64,000 bases of DNA from the human T2T-CHM13v2.0 reference genome, Homo sapiens: NCBI RefSeq assembly GCF_009914755.1, contig NC_060925.1; one strand, written 5' to 3'. The position numbers and the translations under genes are program-made. The stretch's first letter is position 1, and every line of letters starts with the position of its first letter. The notes beneath the pieces were generated by a model. It was not told the origin of the DNA and searched no databases. It was given only the letters and a program-made list of their open reading frames with translations. Below, one piece after another: positions 46,033 through 58,851 of this stretch.

Positions 46033-48276
46033 ATGGAATGGTCATCGAATGAATTGAATGCAATCATCGAATGGTCTCGAATGGAATCATCTTCTAATGG
46101 AAAGTAATGGAATCATCGCATAGAATCGCATGGAATTATCATCGAATGGAATCGAACGGTATCAACACCAAACGGAAAAAAACGGAATTATCGAATGGAA
46201 TCGAAGAGAATCTTCGAACGGACCCGAATGGAATCATCTAATGGAATGAAATGGAATAATCCATGGACTCGAATGCAATCATCATCGAATGGAATCGAAT
46301 GGAATCATCGAATGGACTCGAATGGAATAATCATTGAACGGAATCGAATGGAATCATCATCGGATGGAAATGAATGGAATCATCATCGAATGGAAATGAA
46401 AGGAGTCATCATCTAATGGAATTGCATGGAATCATCATAAAATGGAATCGAATGGAATCAACATCAAATGGAATCAAATGGAATCATTGAACGGAATTGA
46501 ATGGAATCGTCATCGAATGAATTGAATGCAATCATCGAATGGTCTCGAATGGAATCATCTTCAAATGGAATGGAATGGAATCATCGCATAGAATCGAATG
46601 GAATTATCATCGAATGGAATCGAATGGAATCAACATCAAACGGAAAAAAACGGAATTATCGAATGGAATCGAAGAGAATCATCGAACGGACGGGAATGGA
46701 ATCATCTAATGGAATGGAATGGAATAATCCATGGACTCGAATGCAATCATCATCGAATGGAATCGAATGGAGTCATCGAATGGACTCGAATGGAATAATC
46801 ATTGAACGGAATCGAATGGAATCATCATCGGATGGAAACGAATGGAATCATCATTGAATGGAAATGAAAGGAGTCATCATCTAATGGAATTGCATGGAAT
46901 CATCATAAAATGGAATCGAATGGAATCAACATCAAATGGAATCAAATGGAATCATTGAACGGAATTGAATGGAATCGTCATCGAATGAATTGTATGCAAT
47001 CATCGAATGGTCTCGAATGGAATCATCTTCAAATGGAATGGAATGGAATCATCGCATAGAATCGAATGGAATTATCATCGAATGGAATCGAATGGCATCA
47101 ACATCAAACGGAAAAAAACGGAATTATCGAATGGAATCGAAGAGAATCATCGAATGGACCCGAATGGAATCATCTAATGGAATGGAATGGAATAATCCAT
47201 GGACTCGAATGCAATCATCATCGAATGGAATCGAATGGAGTCATCGAATGGACTCGAATGGAATAATCATTGAACGGAATCGAATGGAATCATCATCGGA
47301 TGGAAATGAATGGAATCATCATCGAATGGAATCGAATAGGATTATGGAATGAAATCCAGTGTGATCATCATAGAATGGACCCGAATGGAATCATCATCCA
47401 ACGGAAGCTAATGGAATCAACATCGAATGAATCGAATGGAAACACCATCGAATTGAAACGAATGGAATTATCATGAAATTGAAATGGATGGACTCATCAT
47501 CGGATGGATTCGAATGGAATCATCGAATAAAATTGATTGAAATCATCATCAAATGGAATCGAATGGTATCATTGAATGGAATCGAATGGAATCATCATCA
47601 GATGGAAATGAATGGAATCGTCATAGAATGGAATCGAATGGATTTATTGAATGGAATCAGATGGAATCATCGAATGGACTGGAATGGAATCATTGAATGG
47701 ACTCGAAAGGGATCATTATTGAATGGAATTGAATGGAATCACCGAATGGTCTCGATTGGAATCATTATCAAATGGAATCGAATGGAATCACCGAATAGAA
47801 TGGAATGGAACAATCATCGAATGGACTCAAATGGAATTATCCTCAAATGGAATCGAATGGAATTATCGAATGCAATCGAATGGAATTATCGAATGCAATC
47901 GGATAGAATCATCGAATGGACTCGAATGGAATCATCGAATGGAATGGAATGGAACAGTCAATGAACTCGAATGGAATCATCATTGAATGGAATCGAATGG
48001 AATCATCGAGTGGAATCGAATGGAATTATGATCAAATGGAATCGAATGTAATCATCATCAAATGGAATCAAAAATAACCATCATCAATTGGTATTGAATG
48101 GAATTGTTATCAAATGGAATTCAAAGGAATCATCATCAAATGGAACCGAATGGAATCCTCATTGAATGGAAATGAAAGGGGTCATCATCTAATGGAATCC
48201 CATGGAATCATCATCAAATGGAATCGAATGGAATCATCATCAAATGGAATCGAATGGAATCATTGAACAGAATTGA
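46033..48276 (+). repeat. 2244-bp unit variant (468 + 468 + 1308 bp)
   Basis: Module starts at about 46033, 46501, 46969 and 48277. The same three-module layout recurs at 50076, 50544, 51012 and 52320. Confidence 0.85.
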
Positions 48277-49777
48277 ATGGAATCGTCATCGAATGAATTG
48301 AATGCAATCATCGAATGGTCTCGAATGGAATCATCTTCAAATGGAATGGAATGGAATCATCGCATAGAATCGAATGGAATTATCATCGAATGGAATCGAA
48401 TGGAATCAACATCAAACGGAAAAAAACGGAATTATCGAATAGAATCGAAGAGAATCATCGAATGGACCCGAATGGAATCATCTAATGGAATGGAATGGAA
48501 TAATCCATGGACTCGAATGCAATCATCATCGAATGGAATCGAATGGAATCATCGAATGGACTCGAATGGAATAATCATTGAACGGAATCGAATGGAATCA
48601 TCATCGGATGGAAACGAATGGAATCATCATCGAATGGAAATGAAAGGAGTCATCATCTAATGGAATTGCATGGAATCATCAAAAAATGGAATCGAATGGA
48701 ATCAACATCAAATGGAATCAAATGGAATCATTGAACGGAATTGAATGGAATCGTCATCGAATGAATTGAATGCAATCATCGAATGGTCTCGAATGGAATC
48801 ATCTTCAAATGGAATGGAATGGAATCATCGCATAGAATCGAATGGAATTATCATCGAATGGAATCGAATGGAATCAACATCAAACGGAAAAAAACGGAAT
48901 TATCGAATGGAATCGAAGAGAATCATCGAAAGGACCCGAATGGAATCATCTAATGGAATGGAATGGAATAATCCATGGACTCGAATGCAATCATCATCGA
49001 ATGGAATCGAATGGAATCATCGAATGGACTCGAATGGAATAATCATTGAACGGAATCGAATGGAATCATCATCGGATGGAAATGAATGGAATCATCATCG
49101 AATGGAATCGAATAGAATTATGGAATGAAATCCAGTGTGATCATCATCGAATGGACCCGAATGGAATCATCATCCAACGGAAGCTAATGGAATCAACATC
49201 GAATGAATCGAATGGAAACACCATCGAATTGAAACGAATGGAATTATCATGAAATTGAAATGGATGGACTCATCATCGGATGGATTCGAATGGAATCATC
49301 GAATAAAATTGATTGAAATCATCATCAAATGGAATCGAATGCTATCATTGAATGGAATCGAATGGAATCATCATCAGATGGAAATGAATGGAATCGTCAT
49401 AGAATGGAATCGAATGGATTCATTGAATGGAATCAGATGGAATCATCGAATGGACTGGAATGGAATCATAGAATGGACTCGAAAGGGATCATTATTGAAT
49501 GGAATTGAATGGAATCATCGAATGGTCTCGATTGGAATCATTATCAAATGGAATCGAATGGAATCACCGAATAGAATCGAATGGAACAAACATCGAATGG
49601 ACTCAAATGGAATTATCCTCAAATGGAATCGAATGGAATTATTGAATGCAATCGAATGGAATTATCGAATGCAATCGAATAGAATCATCGAATGGACTCG
49701 AATGGAATCATCGAATGGAATGGAATGGAACAGTCAATGAACTCGAATGGAATCATCATTGAATGAAATCGAATGGA

Positions 49778-49823
49778 ATCATCGAGTGGAATCGAATGGA
49801 ATCATCGAGTGGAATCGAATGGA
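49778..49823 (+). repeat. Perfect 23-bp tandem duplication
   Basis: ATCATCGAGTGGAATCGAATGGA occurs twice, whereas other units have a single GAGTGG-marked subunit here. Confidence 0.9.
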
Positions 49824-52800
49824 ATTATGATCAAATGGAATCGAATGTAATCATCATCAAATGGAATCAAAAATAACCATCATCAATTGGTATTGAATGG
49901 AATTGTCATCAAATGGAATTCAAAGGAATCATCATCAAATGGAACCGAATGGAATCCTCATTGAATGGAAATGAAAGGGGTCATCATCTAATGGAATCGC
50001 ATGGAATCATCATCAAATGGAATCCAATGGAATCATCATCAAATGGAATCTAATGGAATCATTGAAAAGAATTGAATGGAATCGTCATCGAATGAATTGA
50101 GTGCAATCATCGAATGGTCTCGAATGGAATCATCTTCTAATGGAAAGGAATGGAATCATCGCATAGAAATGAATGGAATTATCATCGAATGGAATCGAAT
50201 GGTATCAACACCAAACGGAAAAAAACGGAATTTTCGAATGGAATCGAAGAGAATCTTCGAACGGACCCGAATGGAATCATCTAATGGAATGGAATGGAAT
50301 AATCCATGGACTCGAATGCAATCATCATCGAATGGAATCGAATGGAATCATCGAATGGACTCGAATGGAATAATCATTGAACGGAATCGAATGGAATCAT
50401 CATCGGATGGAAACGAATGGAATCATCATCGAATGGAAATGAAAGGAGTCATCATCTAATGGAATTGCATGGAATCATCATAAAATGGAATCGAATGGAA
50501 TCAACATCAAATGGAATCAAATGGAATCATTGAACGGAATTGAATGGAATCGTCATCGAATGAATTGAATGCAATCATCGAATGGTCTCGAATGGAATCA
50601 TCTTCTAATGGAATGGAATGGAATCATCGCATAGAATCGAATGGAATTATCATCGAATGGAATCGAATGGAATCAACATCAAACGGAAAAAAACGGAATT
50701 ATCGAATGGAATCGAAGAGAATCATCGAACAGACCCGAATGGAATCATCTAATGGAATGGAATGGAATAATTCATGGACTCGAATGCAATCATCATCGAA
50801 TGGAATCGAATGGAATCATCGAATGGACTCGAATGGAATAATCATTGAACGGAATCGAATGGAATCATCATCAGATGGAAACGAATGGAATCATCATCGA
50901 ATGGAAATGAAAGGAGTCATCATCTAATGGAATTGCATGGAATCATCATAAAATGGAATCGAATGGAATCAACATCAAATGGAATCAAATGGAATCATTG
51001 AACGGAATTGAATGGAATCGTCATCGAATGAATTGAATGCAATCATCGAATGGTCTCGAATGGAATCATCTTCAAATGGAATGGAATGGAATCATCGCAT
51101 AGAATCGAATGGAATTATCATCAAATGGAATCGAATGGCATCAACATCAAACGGAAAAAAACGGAATTATCGAATGGAATCGAAGAGAATCATCGAACGG
51201 ACCCGAATGGAATCATCTAATGGAATGGAATGGAATAATCCATGGACACGAATGCAATCATCATCGAATGGAATCGAATGGAATCATCGAATGGACTCGA
51301 ATGGAATAATCATTGAACGGAATCGAATGGAATCATCATCGGATGGAAATGAATGGAATCATCATCGAATGGAATCGAATAGGATTATGGAATGAAATCC
51401 AGTGTGATCATCATCGAATGGACCCGAATGGAATCATCATCCAACGGAAGCTAATGGAATCAACATCAAATGAATCGAATGGAAACACCATCGAATTGAA
51501 ACGAATGGAATTATCATGAAATTGAAATGGATGGACTCATCATCGGATGGATTCGAATGGAATCATCGAATAAAATTGATTGAAATCATCATCGAATGGA
51601 ATCGAATGGTATCATTGAATGGAATCGAATGGAATCATCATCAGATGGAAATGAATGGAATCGTCATAGAATGGAATCGAATGGATTCATTGAATGGAAT
51701 CAGATGGAATCATCGAATGGACTGGAATGGAATCATTGAATGGACTCGAAAGGGATCATGATTGAATGGAATTGAATGGAATCATCGAATGGTCTCGATT
51801 GGAATCATTATCAAATGGAATCGAATGGAATCACCGAATAGAATCGAATGGAACAATCATCGAATGGACTCAAATGGTATTATCCTCAAATGGAATCGAA
51901 TAGAATTATCGAATGCAATCGAATGGAATTATCGAATGCAATCGAATAGAATCATCGAATGGACTCGAATGGAATCATCGAATGGAATGGAATGGAACAG
52001 TCAATGAACTCGAATGGAATCATCATTGAATGGAATCGAATGGAATCATCGAGTGGAATCGAATGGAATTATGATCAAATGGAATCGAATGTAATCATCA
52101 TCCAATGGAATCAAAAATAACCATCATCAATTGGTATTGAATGGAATTGTCATCAAATGGAATTCAAAGGAAGCATCATCAAATGGAACCTAATGGAATC
52201 CTCATTGAATGGAAATGGAAGGGGTCATCACCTAATGTAATCGCATGGAATCATCATCAAATGGAATCGAATGGAATCATCATCAAATGGAATCTAATGG
52301 AATCATTGAACAGAATTGAATGGAATGGTCATCGAATGAATTGAATGCAATCATCGAATGGTCTCGAATGGAATCATCTTCTAATGGAAAGGAATGGAAT
52401 CATCGCATAGAATCGAATGGAATTATCATCGAATGGAATCGAATGGTATCAACACCAAACGGAAAAAAACGGAATTATCGAATGGAATCGAAGAGAATCT
52501 TCGAACGGACCCGAATGGAATCATCTAATGGAATGGAATGGAATAATCCATGGACTCGAATGCAATCATCATCGAATGGAATCGAATGGAATCATCGAAT
52601 GAAGTCGAATGGAATAATCATTGAACGGAATCGAATAGAATCATCATCGGATGGAAAGGAATGGAATCATCATCGAATGGAAATGAAACGAGTCATCATC
52701 TAATGGAATTGCATGGAATCATCATAAAATGGAATCGAATGGAATCAACATCAAATGGAATCAAATGGAATCGTTGAACGGAATTGAATGGAATCGTCAT

Positions 52801-52980
52801 CGAATGAATTGAATGCAATCATCAAATGGTCTCGAATGGAATCATCTTCAAATGGAATGGAATGGAATTATCGCATAGAATCGAATGGAATTATCATCGA
52901 ATGGAATCGAATGGAATCAACATCAAAAGGAAAAAAACAGAATTATCGTATGGAATCGAAGAGAATCATCGAATGGACCC

Positions 52981-53168
52981 GAATGGAATCATCTAATGGA
53001 ATGGAATGGAATAATCCATGGACTCGAATGCAATCATCATCGAATGGAATCGAATGGAATCATCGAATGGACTCGAATGGAATCATCTAATGGAATGGAA
53101 TGGAATAATCCATGGACTCGAATGCAATCATCATCGAATGGAATCGAATGGAATCATCGAATGGACTC
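52981..53168 (+). repeat. 94-bp tandem duplication within a module
   Basis: GAATGGAATCATCTAATGG...AATCCATGGACTC... starts at 52981 and again at 53075. The unit spacing is 1870 = 1776 + 94. Confidence 0.9.
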
Positions 53169-56100
53169 GAATGGAATAATCATTGAACGGAATCGAATGG
53201 AATCATCATCGGATGGAAATGAATGGAATCATCATCGAATGGAATCGAATAGAATTATGGAATGAAATCCAGTGTGATCATCATCGAATGGACCCGAATG
53301 GAATCATCATCCAACGGAAGCTAATGGAATCAACATCGAATGAATCGAATGGAAACACCATCGAATTGAAACGAATGGAATTATCATGAAATTGAAATGG
53401 ATGGACTCATCATCGAATGGATTCGAATGGAATCATCGAATAAAATTGATTGAAATCATCATCAAATGCAATCGAATGGTATAATTGAATGGAATCGAAT
53501 GGAATCATCTTCAGATGGAAATGAATGGAATCGTCATAGAATGGAATCGAATGGATTCATTGAATGGAATCAGATGGAATCATCGAATGGACTGGAATGG
53601 AATCATTGAATGGACTCGAAAGGGATCATGATTGAATGGAATTGAATGGAATCATCGAATGGTCTCGATTGGAATCATTATCAAATGGAATCGAATGGAA
53701 TCACCGAATAGAATCGAATGGAACAATCATCGAAAGGACTCAAATGGAATTATCCTCCAATGGAATCGAATGGAATTATCGAATGCAATCGAATGGAATT
53801 ATCGAATGCAATCGAATAGAATCATCGAATGGACTCGAATGGAATCATCGAATGGAATGGAATGGAACAGTCAATGAACTCGAATGGAATCATCATTGAA
53901 TGGAATCGAATGGAATCATCGAGTGGAATCGAATGGAATTATGATCAAATGGAATCGAATGTAATCATCATCAAATGGAATCAAAAATAACCATCATCAA
54001 TTGGTATTGAATGGAATTGTCATCAAATGGAATTCAAAGGAATCATCATCAAATGGAACCGAATGGAATCCTCATTGAATGGAAATGAAAGGGGTCATCA
54101 TCTAATGGAATCGCATGGAATCATCATCAAATGGAATCGAATGGAATCATCATCAAATGGAATCTAATGGAATCATTGAAAAGAATTGAATGGAATCGTC
54201 ATCGAATGAATTGAATGCGATCATCGAATGGTCTCGAATGGAATCATCTTCTAATGGAAAGGAATGGAATCATCGCATAGAATCGAATGGAATTATCATC
54301 GAATGGAATCGAATGGTATCAACACCAAACGGAATAAAACGGAATTATGGAATGGAATCGAAGAGAATCTTCGAACGGACCCGAATGGAATCATTTAATG
54401 GAATGGAATGGAATAATCCATGGACTCGAATGCAATCATCATCGAATGGAATCGAATGGAATCATCGAATGGACTCGAATGGAATAATCATTGAACGGAA
54501 TCGAATGGAATCATCATCGGATGGAAACGAATGGAATCATCATCGAATGGAAATGAAACGAGTCATCATCTAATGGAATTGCATGGAATCATCATAAAAT
54601 GGAATCGAATGGAATCAACATCAAATGGAATCAAATGGAATCATTGAACGGAATTGAATGGAATCGTCATCGAATGAATTGAATGCAATCATCGAATGGT
54701 CTCGAATGGAATCATCTTCAAATGGAATGGAATGGAATCATCGCATAGAATCGAATGGAATTATCATCGAATGGAATCGAATGGAATCAACATCAAACGG
54801 AAAAAAACGGAATTATCGTATGGAATCGAAGAGAATCATCGAATGGACCCGAATGGAATCATCTAATGGAATGGAATGGAATAATCCATGGACTCGAATG
54901 CAATCATCATCGAATGGAATCGAATGGAATCATCGAATGGACTCGAATGGAATAATCATTGAACGGAATCGAATGGAATCATCATCGGATGGAAATGAAT
55001 GGAATCATCATCGAATGGAATCGGATAGAATTATGGAATGAAATCCAGTGTGATCATCATCGAATGGACCCGAATGGAATCATCATCCAACGGAAGCTAA
55101 TGGAATCAACATCGAATGAATCGAATGGAACCACCATCGAATTGAAACGAATGGAATTATCATGAAATTGAAATGGATGGACTCATCATCGAATGGATTC
55201 GAATGGAATCATCGAATAAAATTGATTGAAATCATCATCGAATGTAATCGAATGGTATCATTGAATGGAATCGAATGGAATCATCATCAGATGGAAATGA
55301 ATGGAATCGTCATAGAATGGAATCGAATGGATTCATTGAATGGAATCAGATGGAATCATCGAATGGACTGGAATGGAATCATTGAATGGACTCGAAAGGG
55401 ATCATGATTGAATGGAATTGAATGGAATCATCGAATGGTCTCGATTGGAATCATTATCAAATGGAATCGAATGGAATCACCGAATAGAATCGAATGGAAC
55501 AATCATCGAATGGACTCAAATGGAATTATCCTCAAATGGAATGGAATGGAATTATCAAATGAAATCGAATTGAATTATCGAATGCAATCGAATAGAATCA
55601 TCGAATGGACTCGAATGGAATCATCGAATGGAATGGAATGGAACAGTCAATGAACTCGAATGGAATCATCATTGAATGGAATCGAATGGAATCATCGAGT
55701 GGAATCGAATGGAACTATGATCAAATGGAATCGAATGTAATCATCATCAAATGGAATCAAAAATAACCATCATCAATTGGTATTGAATGGAATTGTCATC
55801 AAATGGAATTCAAAGGAATCATCATCAAATGGAACCGAATGGAATCCTCATTGAATGGAAATGAAAGGGGTCATCATCTAATGGAATAGCATGGAATCAT
55901 CATCAAATGGAATCGAATGGAATCATCATCAAATGGAATCTGATGGAATCATTGAACAGAATTGAATGGAATCGTCATCGAATGAATTGAATGCAATCAT
56001 CGAATGGTCTCGAATGGAATCATCTTCTAATGGAAAGGAATGGAATCATCGCATAGAATCGAATGGAATTATCATCGAATGGAATCGAATGGTATCAACA

Positions 56101-57741
56101 CCAAACGGAAAAAAACGGAATTATGGAATGGAATCGAAGAGAATCTTCGAACGGACCCGAATGGAATCATTTAATGGAATGGAATGGAATAATCCATGGA
56201 CTCGAATGCAATCATCATCGAATGGAATCGAATGGAATCATCGAATGGACTCGAATGGAATAATCATTGAACGGAATCGAATGGAATCATCATCGGATGG
56301 AAACGAATGGAATCATCATCGAATGGAAATGAAAGGAGACATCATCTAATGGAATTGCATGGAATCATCATAAAATGGAATCGAATGGAATCAACATCAA
56401 ATGGAATCAAATGGAATCATTGAACGGAATTGAATGGAATCGTCATCGAATGAATTGAATGCAATCATCGAATGGTCTCGAATGGAATCATCTTCAAATG
56501 GAATGGAATGGAATCATCGCATAGAATCGAATGGAATTATCATCGAATGGAATCGAATGGAATCAACATCAAACGGAAAAAAACGGAAGTATCGAATGGA
56601 ATCGAAGAGAATCATCGAATGGACCCGAATGGAATCATCTAATGGAATGGAATGGAATAATCCATGGACTCGAATGCAATCATCATCGAATGGAATCGAA
56701 TGGAATCATCGAATGGACTCGAATGGAATAATCATTGAACGGAATCGAATGGAATCATCATCGGATGGAAATGAATGGAATCATCATCGAATGGAATCGA
56801 ATAGGATTATGGAATGAAATCCAGTGTGATCATCATCGAATGGACCCGAATGGAATCATCATCCAACGGAAGCTAATGGAATCAACATCGAATGAATCAA
56901 ATGGAAACACCATCGAATTGAAACGAATGGAATTACCATGAAATTGAAATGGATGGACTCATCATCGAATGGATTCGAATGGAATCATCGAATAAAATTG
57001 ATTGAAATCATCATCGAATGGAATCGAATGGTATCATTGAATGGAATCGAATGGAATCATCATCAGATGGAAATGAATGGAATCGTCATAGAATGGAATC
57101 GAATGGATTCATTGAATGGAATCAGATGGAATCATCGAATGGACTGGAATGGAATCATTGAATGGACTCGAAAGGGATCATGATTGAATGGAATTGAATG
57201 GAATCATCGAATGGTCTCGATTGGAATCATTATCAAATGGAATCGAATGGAATCACCGAATAGAATCGAATGGAACAATCATCGAATGGACTCAAATGGA
57301 ATTATCCTCAAATGGAATGGAATGGAATTATCGAATGCAATCGAATGGAATTATCGAATGCAATCGAATAGAATCATCGAATGGACTCGAATGGAATCAC
57401 CGAATGGAATGGAATGGAACAGTCAATGAAATCGAATGGAATCATCATTGAATGGAATCGAATGGAATCATCGAGTGGAATCGAATGGAATTATGATCAA
57501 ATGGAATCGAATGTAATCATCATCAAATGGAATCAAAAATAACCATCATCAATTGGTATTGAATGGAATTGTCATCAAATGGAATTCAAAGGAAACATCA
57601 TCAAATGGAACCGAGTGGAATCCTCATTGAATGGAAATGAAAGAGGTCATCATCTAATGGAATCGCATGGAATCATCATCAAATGGAATCGAATGGAATC
57701 ATCATCAAATGGAATCTGATGGAATCATTGAACAGAATTGA

Positions 57742-58851
57742 ATGGAATCGTCATCGAATGAATTGAATGCAATCATCGAATGGTCTCGAATGGAATCATC
57801 TTCTAATGGAAAGGAATGGTATCATCGCATAGAATCGAATGGAATTATCATCAAATGGAATCGAATGGAATCAACATCAAACGGAAAAAAACGGAATTAT
57901 CGAATGGAATCGAAGAGAATCATCGAACGGACCCGAATGGAATCATCTAATGGAATGGAATGGAATAATCCATGGACTCGAATGCAATCATCATCGAATG
58001 GAATCGAATGGAATCATCGAGTGGACTCGAATGGAATAATCATTGAACGGAATCGAATGGAATCATCTTCGGATGGAAACGAATGGAATCATCATCGAAT
58101 GGAAATGAAAGGAATCATCATCTAATGGAATTGCATGGAATCATCATAAAATGGAATCGAATGGAATCATCATCAGATGGAAATGAATGGAATCGTCATA
58201 GAATGGAATCGAATGGATTCATTGAATGGAATCAGATGGAATCATCGAATGGACTGGAATGGAATCATTGAATGGACTCGAAAGGGATCATTATTGAATG
58301 GAATTGAATGGAATCATCGAATGGTCTCGATTGGAATCATTATCAAATGGAATCGAATGGAATCACCGAATAGAATCGAATGGAACAATCATCGAATGGA
58401 CTCAAATGGAATTATCCTCAAATGGAATGGAATGGAATTATCGAATGCAATCGAATGGAATTATCGAATGCAATCGAATAGAATCATCGAATGGACTCGA
58501 ATGGAATCATCGAATGGAATGGAATGGAACAGTCAATGAACTCGAATGGAATCATCATTGAATGGAATCGAATGCAATCATCGAGTGGAATCGAATGGAA
58601 TTATGATCAAATGGAATCGAATGTAATCATCATCAAATGGAATCAAAAATAACCATCATCAATTGGTATTGAATGGAATTGTCATCAAATGGAATTCAAA
58701 GGAATCATCATCAAATGGAACCGAATGGAATCCTCATTGAATGGAAATGAAAGGGGTCATCATCTAATGGAATCGCATGGAATCATCATCAAATGGAATC
58801 GAATGGAATCATCATCAAATGGAATCTAAAGGAATCATTGAACAGAATTGA
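57742..58851 (+). repeat. Truncated 1110-bp unit (666-bp internal deletion)
   Basis: First-module starts at 57742 and 58852 are 1110 bp apart. The second module and the CCAGTGTGATC...ATAAAATTGATTG segment are missing, with the junction at about 58150-58169. Confidence 0.88.
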
